Source: Bacteriovoracia bacterium (GTDB lineage Bacteria; Bdellovibrionota; UBA1018; CAIPTA01). Taken from it: 64,000 bases of DNA. A program made the position numbers and the translations under genes. Numbering within the stretch: the first letter of the stretch is position 1; every line of letters begins with the position of its first letter. The DNA is taken from assembly GCA_050246755.1 (NCBI GenBank), contig JBFWVL010000001.1, forward strand, positions 576,001 through 640,000, in the 5' to 3' direction. The notes beneath the pieces were generated by a model. It saw only the letters and a program-made list of their open reading frames with translations. It ran no database searches and was not told where the DNA came from. Positions 56,824 through 64,000 of this stretch are shown piece after piece.

Positions 56824-58832
56824 ACTTCTCGTGCCGGGAGCGAGACCTTACTCTTCACCAGTGGAACGGCGCTTCCCGCCTCTTCTTGCCGGCGCAGCCA
56901 CGACTGAAACATGAGAATATTCCACAACAGGTACTGCGTGCGCTCTTTTCCCGCAACGTAGCGCTCCCAGGTGCGCCTCACCTCGGCGACATTAAAGTAA
57001 CCTTGCCGCTTCATTTCAGCCGGATCCAGCAAATCTTCGGCCCACGGTCGCAAAGGACCCCTTAGCCATTCGTTGATCGGCACGGCAAAACCAGATTTCG
57101 GGCGGTCGAGCAGCTCCCGCGGCATATGATGTTCGGCCAACGCGCGAAGCATCCATTTGCCTTTGCCCTTGCGAACCCTCTGCTCGGGTGGAAGCGTCCA
57201 GGCAAACTCCACTAGGCGATGGTCCAGAAACGGCGCGCGCACCTCGAGGCCGACCGCCATGCTCGCGCGGTCTACTTTGGCGAGGATATCATCGGGGAGA
57301 TAAAAAATTGAATCGAGGTATTGCATCACGTAAAGGGGAACCTCGCCGAGCGTGGGTACGCCGGTGAGGAAGTCGGCCGGGATTTCTGGCGCTAGGAGAA
57401 AGCGCTGGGGATTCTCTTCAAGCGTCAGCAAGCCCAGATACATCTCACGGTAGTCGGCGGCGGCCAGGCAAACCACTAGCTTATCGAGCTTATCGATGAA
57501 GTGTCCCTGCAGGCCAAATCTGCCGCCCAGAACGCCGAGAGTCCTTGCTAGCAGCTGTTTAACGGAAAGGGGACAACTGGCCCAGCCGGCGGCGAGTTTG
57601 CGCCGGATCGGCAGCGGTAGATCTTTGATCTTGGCCCAAAAAGTAGAACCGATGAAGTGCCGGTTATAGCCAGCAAATACTTCGTCGCCCCCGTCACCAG
57701 AAAGACAAACCGTTACCTGCTTGCGTGCCCACTCCGAAACTAAAAAAGTAGGAATCTGCGAGGAGTCCCCGAACGGTTCGTCATAAATCACAGGGAGCCG
57801 TTCCGCTACTCGCAGCGCCTCCGCCGGTCCCACGTAGAGCTCATGATGCTCGGTGCCCAGCTTCTCGGCCACCGCGCGCGCGAAGGGAGCTTCATCGAAA
57901 GCCGCCTGCTCGAATCCAATCGTGAACGTTTTTAATTTTTTCCCCTGGTCCGCCATTTCCAGTGCGGCCAAGGCGGTGACCAAGGAGGAATCGATTCCCC
58001 CGGAAAGGAAGGTACCTACCTCCACATCCGCCGAGCATTGCTCGGAGACTACGGTGCTAAGAATCCCTTCCAGTTCGGCGAGCGCACGGGCATCGCCGGC
58101 GGAATGCTGCGCCAGCGCGACGCCTTTTTCCGCCACTTCCGCCAGCCGCCAATAGGGAACGATGCGCTCACTTCCGCGCGCGGCAAGGGGCGTGAGCGAG
58201 AGTAAATGCCCCGGCTGAAGCTTATAGATATTCTCGTAGATCGACTGAGGTCCCGGTATGCAGCCATAACGGAGAAAATTTCCCAGCACCGCGCTTTGTA
58301 CCGGATTGCGGAACCCGGGAAAAGCCGTCAGAGACTTTAGCTCCGAGCCGAATAGGAAGGTATCCTCGCTCCACCCATAAAAAAGCGGCTTTTCACCAAG
58401 ACGATCGCGCGCCAGCCAAAGGCGCTGCTGATCGGAATCCACAAAAGCGATCGCGAACATTCCCGCCATGCGCAAAACGGCTTCTTTAAAACCCCATTGC
58501 TGAATCGCCTTAAATACCACTTCCGTATCGCCGCTGCCGCGAAACGAATGACCGTGCGCACCTAACTGTTTGGCCAAAGAACGGTAGTTATAAATTTCTC
58601 CGTTGAATACCAGCACCTGGCGGCCATCGGCCGAGCGAAAGGGTTGCGCGCCCATGGGCGACAAATCTAAAATCGAAAGCCGGCGATGGCCAAGGGCGAG
58701 TCCGTTTTCTCCCACCCAAATGCCGGCGGCATCGGGGCCTCGGTGGGTGAGAGAAGCGGTCATGCCCTCTATGGCCGCGGTTCTCGTTTCGAGGGAAAGA
58801 CCCGGGGCGATAAATCCGGTGATCCCACACAT
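56808..58832 (-). CDS. asnB: Asparagine synthase-family amidotransferase (glycan amidation type)
   Basis: MCGI, HRGPD, FNGEIYN, LSGGIDSS, SGDGGDE, KVDRASM. Confidence 0.93.
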   Translation of the reverse strand: MCGITGFIAPGLSLETRTAAIEGMTASLTHRGPDAAGIWVGENGLALGHRRLSILDLSPMGAQPFRSADGRQVLVFNGEIYNYRSLAKQLGAHGHSFRGSGDTEVVFKAIQQWGFKEAVLRMAGMFAIAFVDSDQQRLWLARDRLGEKPLFYGWSEDTFLFGSELKSLTAFPGFRNPVQSAVLGNFLRYGCIPGPQSIYENIYKLQPGHLLSLTPLAARGSERIVPYWRLAEVAEKGVALAQHSAGDARALAELEGILSTVVSEQCSADVEVGTFLSGGIDSSLVTALAALEMADQGKKLKTFTIGFEQAAFDEAPFARAVAEKLGTEHHELYVGPAEALRVAERLPVIYDEPFGDSSQIPTFLVSEWARKQVTVCLSGDGGDEVFAGYNRHFIGSTFWAKIKDLPLPIRRKLAAGWASCPLSVKQLLARTLGVLGGRFGLQGHFIDKLDKLVVCLAAADYREMYLGLLTLEENPQRFLLAPEIPADFLTGVPTLGEVPLYVMQYLDSIFYLPDDILAKVDRASMAVGLEVRAPFLDHRLVEFAWTLPPEQRVRKGKGKWMLRALAEHHMPRELLDRPKSGFAVPINEWLRGPLRPWAEDLLDPAEMKRQGYFNVAEVRRTWERYVAGKERTQYLLWNILMFQSWLRRQEEAGSAVPLVKSKVSLPAREVQDLK

Positions 58833-58834
58833 GG

Positions 58835-59731
58835 CTAATGCGCTCCTCGCGCCGCTTTCCGGCGCTGGAGAATACGATTACCGATCGAAAGAACATATTT
58901 TAGCTCGCGGGGAGACCACCACAAACCAAGCAAAAGGTGGCGCAGGCTCGCGGAAAAATCACGCGACTGAAAAAAAGCGCCGCTGAGGGAAACGTGCGCG
59001 CGGCCTAAACACGCGGCACGGAGGGCAAGCAGTTCTGAAGCATCAGGATCACTGAACATTTTTTCGAGCGCGCGCAAGTAATCACGAGCGAACGCATCGG
59101 AGCGGCGGGAGGCGCTATTGGGATGCTGCCGATAGAACACCAGCGGCTCCGCCACGGCTTCCACCTCGAAATATTGGCAAATGCGGCGATAAAAATCGAA
59201 ACCAGCGGAAATCGAAAGTTTTTCATCGAATCCCCCCACTTGCTCCAGCACCGCGCGACGAATCAGCACACTACTTTCGCCCGCCGGAATCACGGCCGCC
59301 GATCCCTCCGCGAAGAGCGGGAGCACCCGGCCACGGTTTTTCGCCTTCACCTGCCGCATGGGGCGCAGATCCTGGTCGCAGAGATAGTATCCCGTATAGA
59401 CTAGCCCCACCGAAGGGCGATCGAAACGCGCGAGCTGTTCTTCCAGCTTAGTGGGTGACCAGCAGTCGTCGGCGTCACAGAACGCCACCCAGTCGCCGCG
59501 GCTCTCCGAGATCCCGCGGTTTCTTGCGCCGGCCTGGCCCCGGTTCTCTTGCGGAATAACGCGGATGCGATCGCCGAAGCGGCGAAGCCGCTGCAAAGAA
59601 TCATCGGTGGATCCATTGTCGACGACGATAACCTCGATATTTTGGTGCGTTTGGCTGAGTACGCTATCCACTGCCGCGCAAACGTAGCGGCCATAATTAT
59701 AATTGGGAATCACCACCGAAACGAGGCTCAT
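58835..59731 (-). CDS. GT2 glycosyltransferase
   Basis: VSVVIPNYN, VDNGSTD, FCDADD. Confidence 0.93.
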   Translation of the reverse strand: MSLVSVVIPNYNYGRYVCAAVDSVLSQTHQNIEVIVVDNGSTDDSLQRLRRFGDRIRVIPQENRGQAGARNRGISESRGDWVAFCDADDCWSPTKLEEQLARFDRPSVGLVYTGYYLCDQDLRPMRQVKAKNRGRVLPLFAEGSAAVIPAGESSVLIRRAVLEQVGGFDEKLSISAGFDFYRRICQYFEVEAVAEPLVFYRQHPNSASRRSDAFARDYLRALEKMFSDPDASELLALRAACLGRAHVSLSGAFFQSRDFSASLRHLLLGLWWSPRELKYVLSIGNRILQRRKAARGAH

Positions 59732-60405
59732 ACCGCCGACTCGCTAAAGTGCCGGAGCTGCTCGAAAGTATCGATGGATATCCATTTATCGGGGTACACG
59801 TCCGACACATGCAGCATCCCCTGAGAAATAAGCTGGGCCCAAACGGAATAGAAATCGTCGCAAGCCTCCGTAAGCTCCGCGATCCGGCGCGGATTCAAGA
59901 TCTGCACGCCAGAACAGTAAATATCCGAGCGCAACTGACGATCGAGGCGGGTCACCTGCGAGCCGTTCCGAAAAATAAAGTCGCCTTCGAGGCCGGTCAC
60001 GGGGCGCACCGGCACGAGCATGCATGGCGGAGCCCCGAGGGAAAAATAGTTTTTTTCGAGCAGATCGAAATCGAGGCTCACCACGTTGTCGCAGGTGAGA
60101 ACGTAGATCGGCTCGTCGAGATTCGCCAGCAAGGTATGGTAGATCCACCAGGCATTGCCTTGCCCCTCGGTATTGAGCACCGTAGCCGCGCCGAGCTCGA
60201 TCACGTGCTGGGCCAGCATTGCTTTCTTGTAACCGACGGTGATGTGCACGCGCGGTACCTGATCAAGCAAGCCGCCGATGCCGCGCGCGATCAGGGTTGA
60301 CCCCTGGAACTGCACCATAGGTTTCGGCACGGTATCGGTAAGCGGCGCGAGACGCATGCCCCGCCCCGCCGCCATGATCAGCGCGTTGCGAATTTTCCTG
60401 CTCAC
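59728..60405 (-). CDS. Sugar-phosphate nucleotidyltransferase family protein
   Basis: MAAGRGMRLAPLT..PKPM. Confidence 0.85.
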   Translation of the reverse strand: MSRKIRNALIMAAGRGMRLAPLTDTVPKPMVQFQGSTLIARGIGGLLDQVPRVHITVGYKKAMLAQHVIELGAATVLNTEGQGNAWWIYHTLLANLDEPIYVLTCDNVVSLDFDLLEKNYFSLGAPPCMLVPVRPVTGLEGDFIFRNGSQVTRLDRQLRSDIYCSGVQILNPRRIAELTEACDDFYSVWAQLISQGMLHVSDVYPDKWISIDTFEQLRHFSESAV

Positions 60406-61355
60406 AGAGCCTCGGGCGGAATCGCGCGCAGAAGCGCGGAAATCTCATTCTCGGTCAAACGCAAGGCTGAGTCGGAGGAGACTACGGCCGCGGGAGGATT
60501 CTTCGCCTTGTCGTTGAACGAAATGCTGTAGTGAACTACGCCGCCGAGCTCGAACTGTTCGGTATACTCGAGCTCCTGCTCGCCGATCAGGCATTCATAC
60601 GTTCGGTCCCCGGGGCGGCCTTCCATCTTTTCCCAGCGCCCCCCTTTTTCGTTCACCCAGTTATTCAGAATACTCTCCACTTTGGCCGCTTTCATCTCAC
60701 GGGAAAGCACGCGGCCACGAAAACGCTGGGCATTATCGAGCGCGGTGACCACGAGCTGCACCGCCTCTTCGATGGTAAAAAAGAATCTCGTCATTTCCGG
60801 GCCGGTGGAACGAAGCACGCCGTTTTCTTCGTGCATTTTTTTCCAGATCGGCAGCACGGAGCCCGTGCTCCAGGCCACGTTGCCGTAGCGCACACAGAGA
60901 AAGCGCGTGGCGCCCTTGCTGTCGAGCGCGCAGAACATTCGCTCCATGGTGGCCTTCGACATGCCATAAATATTGCGGATCGGGGGCGCAGCCTTATCCG
61001 TGGAGATCCCGATCACCGTTTCGATCCCATAGTCCATCGCGGCGCGGGCCACGTTCTGGGAGCCGAGCACGTTGATATCGACGCACTCCATGGGTTGCTT
61101 CTCGGATAAATCAACAAATTTTGTTGCAGCGGCGTGGATCACGGCCTGCGGGCGCGCCTCACGAAATGCATCTCGCACCGATTCGATGTTCGCCACGTCC
61201 ATCGGGATGCAGCGGGCCCCGGTGGCTTTTTCGGCTAACTGTCCTAGTTTATTGTTGCGGCCACAAATGGTTACTTCCCAGTTCGGCGCCAGCACTTTGG
61301 CCAGCCGCTGCCCCAGAAACCCCGTGCCACCGGTAATCAGAATCCTTCTTTTCAT
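60402..61355 (-). CDS. UDP-GlcNAc 4,6-dehydratase-like (PseB/CapD family)
   Basis: TGGTG, HAAATK, STDKA, YGMSK, RYGNV, MTRFF. Confidence 0.88.
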   Translation of the reverse strand: MKRRILITGGTGFLGQRLAKVLAPNWEVTICGRNNKLGQLAEKATGARCIPMDVANIESVRDAFREARPQAVIHAAATKFVDLSEKQPMECVDINVLGSQNVARAAMDYGIETVIGISTDKAAPPIRNIYGMSKATMERMFCALDSKGATRFLCVRYGNVAWSTGSVLPIWKKMHEENGVLRSTGPEMTRFFFTIEEAVQLVVTALDNAQRFRGRVLSREMKAAKVESILNNWVNEKGGRWEKMEGRPGDRTYECLIGEQELEYTEQFELGGVVHYSISFNDKAKNPPAAVVSSDSALRLTENEISALLRAIPPEAL

Positions 61356-61446
61356 CTTCACTCTCAATCCTTGGGAGGAAATGTTGCGCTATTGTTATAA
61401 AGGATAAGGCTTCGCGCCTAGACGGGTCAAACAAATTTGCGCTCGT

Positions 61447-62175
61447 TCAGCTGGCGTGGGGACGCTTGGCTACCAGCAAAAGCGCGGTGTCGAAAACACG
61501 GGGATTACGCTCGGAAGCGCCTCGCTCTAACAGGTAGATAACTCGCACGCAGAAAAACCAGGCCTTCCGCGCCAGCTGCCATATTCCGCGTTTTATCCCC
61601 TTACGGGGAAGCTCTACGCTGCCTAAATGCTCTATCTCAAATCCGGAGAGCCGGCATAAATCCCGGAGAGCCACGTCGGTGAAAAAGCTTTTCATGAAAG
61701 GGTCCTGCACGTAATCGGTGAGGCCGCAGAATCCCGCCGCGTTGGGAACCGTGAGCAGCAGAGTACCGCCGGGCTTCAGTGTTTTCCGTAAAGCGGAAAA
61801 CCAATCGAGCATGCGCTCCCGTTCGAAATACACGGCCACGGTTAAGCAAGCAACAAAATCAAAACAATCGTGCTGCCGCGCCAAGAACAAAAAAGGGTCT
61901 TCGTCTCCACTCACCGGCGCGCCGGACTGCGCTTGGGCAAATGCCGCGCAACGTGAATCAGGATCGAATCCGCGACAATCCGAAAATTCACGTTTCCGCA
62001 GATAACGCAGGAAAGTCCCGTATCCACAGCCGAAATCCAGAATGCGGGCGCTATGCGTAGACGGCAACCACCGGGAAAAATTTTTTTGATAAACCGGAAA
62101 CATCAAGGATTCGTCATGCGCGAGCAGAGCCGCGTCCGGAGGCTGACCCACGAAAAACAACGTTTCTTTTGCCAT
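61447..62175 (-). CDS. Class I SAM methyltransferase
   Basis: ILDFGCGYG, LKPGG..VPN. Confidence 0.88.
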   Translation of the reverse strand: MAKETLFFVGQPPDAALLAHDESLMFPVYQKNFSRWLPSTHSARILDFGCGYGTFLRYLRKREFSDCRGFDPDSRCAAFAQAQSGAPVSGDEDPFLFLARQHDCFDFVACLTVAVYFERERMLDWFSALRKTLKPGGTLLLTVPNAAGFCGLTDYVQDPFMKSFFTDVALRDLCRLSGFEIEHLGSVELPRKGIKRGIWQLARKAWFFCVRVIYLLERGASERNPRVFDTALLLVAKRPHAS

Positions 62176-62240
62176 CGAGAAAGTCTAACGCCGCGAGAGC
62201 AAGGTTGTATAGAAGGGAGGCGGGGATTATTCTAACAAGA

Positions 62241-63707
62241 GTGAAACAAAAAATCCGGCCACTCCTGGTATTAGAGATCAACGAGCTTCCTTGGCGCATG
62301 ATCGATCACTTCTGTGACCGGCCGGAATTTCCCCATCTGCGTAAGTTTTTTTCCGGGTCGAGATCCTTTACCACCATGGCCGAAGAAGAAGGCGAGCTCT
62401 CTCCGTGGATTACGTGGCCGAGCCTGCATCGCGGGATGAATGGCGGCGAGCACCAAGTGCGGTTTCTCGGGCAAGATCCCAAAACTTTCATGGGCACGCC
62501 GATTTGGGAAGAATACCGCCGTCGTGGAGAATCCATTGGCATTTGTGGTTCACTGCAGAGCTGGCCACCGCTCGATCCAGGCCCCGGAGGATTTTATATC
62601 CCCGACACTTTCGCCCGCGATCCGCGCTGCGTCCCGACCAGCGTCAGCGGATTTCAGGCCATCAATCTTCGGCTCACCGGAGAGAATGGCCGGGTGGTGC
62701 GCTCGTCCCTCCCTCTGCGGGAAATTTTTCGTGCGGCGCTCGCGGCGCCTTTATGGGGAATCCGCCCGGCCACCGTGCTGGCTGTGTTTCACCAGCTCAT
62801 CCTGGAAAGATTGGATTCCGCGCGGATCGCCCGCCGCCCGGTATTTCAAGCGCGTCTCCAGTGGGATATCTTCAAAAAGCTCTACCGCGGAAAGAATCCT
62901 CCTCCTTACGCGGCCTTCTTCACCAACCACTCGGCCAATATCATGCATCGCTACTGGAGCCATGTTTTCCCTGAAGATTTTCCGGAAAATAACCGGCCCC
63001 AAGACCATGCGCACGCCGCCACGATGGACTACGCCATGGCCACCATCGACGGTATCCTGGCCGAGGCGATGGCACTGCAGGAAAAAAATCCTGAGTTGAT
63101 TTTAGCTTTCGCCACCAGCATGGGCCAGCAGGCGGTGCTCTGGAAAGGTTACGAGGGAATTTCCACGATTGTAACCGATGCCGCCCGGCTAATCGGCGCG
63201 CTTTGCCCCGAAATCGCTCCCTCACTATTTTCCCAGTCCCTGGCGATGGTTCCCCAGATCACCGTGGATATTTCTGATTCGATTCAACGCGCGCGTTTGA
63301 AATCAGCCCTGGAAACCGCCCAAACCGCTTCGGGTGCGCGCCTGTTTTTCTTCGAGGAAAAAGGCACGCAACTCAGCATCTCCATCCGCACGCCGGCATC
63401 GCTCGACGTTCAGGCCGGTGGCTTTCATGCCGGGACGGAGAAAAAATTCTTAAGCTGGTCTCACGCGGGCATCGAGGTAGCTAGGCCCGGTCCCGCCTCG
63501 GCCTATCATATCCCGGAGGGAGTATTGGCCCTATATGGCGCCGGTATAACCAGTGACAATGACCGGGCCCGGCTGCCGCTGCGTCAGGTAAAAAGTTTGC
63601 TGCTGGAAATTTCGGGCTTAGGCACGCAGATCACATCGCAATGCAGCCCGGGAGAAATACAATCAGGCGTAAGCGCACGCCCGGTGGAAGCTTCCGTCAC
63701 CTCGTAG
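62241..63707 (+). CDS. Alkaline phosphatase/sulfatase-superfamily-like protein
   Basis: LEINE, LSPWITWPSLHRG, HRYW, ATSMGQ, YHIPEG; start uncertain (62169-62241). Confidence 0.6.
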   Translation: MKQKIRPLLVLEINELPWRMIDHFCDRPEFPHLRKFFSGSRSFTTMAEEEGELSPWITWPSLHRGMNGGEHQVRFLGQDPKTFMGTPIWEEYRRRGESIGICGSLQSWPPLDPGPGGFYIPDTFARDPRCVPTSVSGFQAINLRLTGENGRVVRSSLPLREIFRAALAAPLWGIRPATVLAVFHQLILERLDSARIARRPVFQARLQWDIFKKLYRGKNPPPYAAFFTNHSANIMHRYWSHVFPEDFPENNRPQDHAHAATMDYAMATIDGILAEAMALQEKNPELILAFATSMGQQAVLWKGYEGISTIVTDAARLIGALCPEIAPSLFSQSLAMVPQITVDISDSIQRARLKSALETAQTASGARLFFFEEKGTQLSISIRTPASLDVQAGGFHAGTEKKFLSWSHAGIEVARPGPASAYHIPEGVLALYGAGITSDNDRARLPLRQVKSLLLEISGLGTQITSQCSPGEIQSGVSARPVEASVTS

Positions 63708-64000
63708 TTCCACTCATGAAATAAATTAAGCAATGCCTGCGAAGAGCTGCCCTGCGCACGCAAGTTGGCCTCACTGAGCTCCACGAATAATCTCGGCCGC
63801 TGCCGCAGGATGAAAGCCTCGCCACCCCTTAAAACTTTTTCCTCAAAGCCTTCCACATCGATCTTCACCAGTTTCACGCCTTCGAGTCCCGTACGGCCTA
63901 CGTATTCGTCCAATCGAAGGGCTTCCACTTCCACCGACGGAAAATCCAGCGCCGGCTCGGTCAGGATACGGTTCCCCGCGGGATTACGCTCGCTTACCCG
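63584..64000 (-). CDS. FkbM-family methyltransferase (partial, N-terminus outside window)
   Basis: LD..KIDVEGFEEKVLRG..RP.LFVE. Confidence 0.9.
   Translation of the reverse strand, partial: RVSERNPAGNRILTEPALDFPSVEVEALRLDEYVGRTGLEGVKLVKIDVEGFEEKVLRGGEAFILRQRPRLFVELSEANLRAQGSSSQALLNLFHEWNYEVTEASTGRALTPDCISPGLHCDVICVPKPEISSSKLFT

Overview
Gene-dense, GC-rich bacterial chromosomal window with about 60 CDS. I saw no rRNA, tRNA, CRISPR array, integrase or transposase. The gene repertoire (TIGR02147/DUF4423 regulator, DUF3015+DUF4105 pair, many secreted hydrolases and signal-peptide hypotheticals, orphan kinases, HD-GYP protein) suggests a Bdellovibrionota-like organism; this is inference. Left half, in order: EmrAB-type efflux; secreted GH15 with thioredoxin; short RecQ; FadL followed by an acyl-CoA-ligase-fold protein with eroded catalytic motifs and a DUF3015/DUF4105 pair; TonB with a heme-type receptor (G9 tract) coupled to a WsfD-like membrane protein; an RRM-IF1-DEAD-LpxL operon; a LysR/HAD/DUF1543 unit; a sigma54-promoted secreted His/Cys enzyme; GtrB/GT-C; proteases. 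Right half: a coupled PP-loop/SGNH/DUF5989 cassette; a 1644-aa secreted HExxH protein; a TIGR02147 regulator with a palindromic site divergent from a secreted protein; signalling genes; and a surface-glycan cluster running off the right edge. Best candidates for undescribed systems are the PP-loop/SGNH/DUF5989 cassette, the pseudo-ligase locus, the TIGR02147 divergon and the giant secreted protein. Family calls come from recognising motifs by eye, not from database searches.
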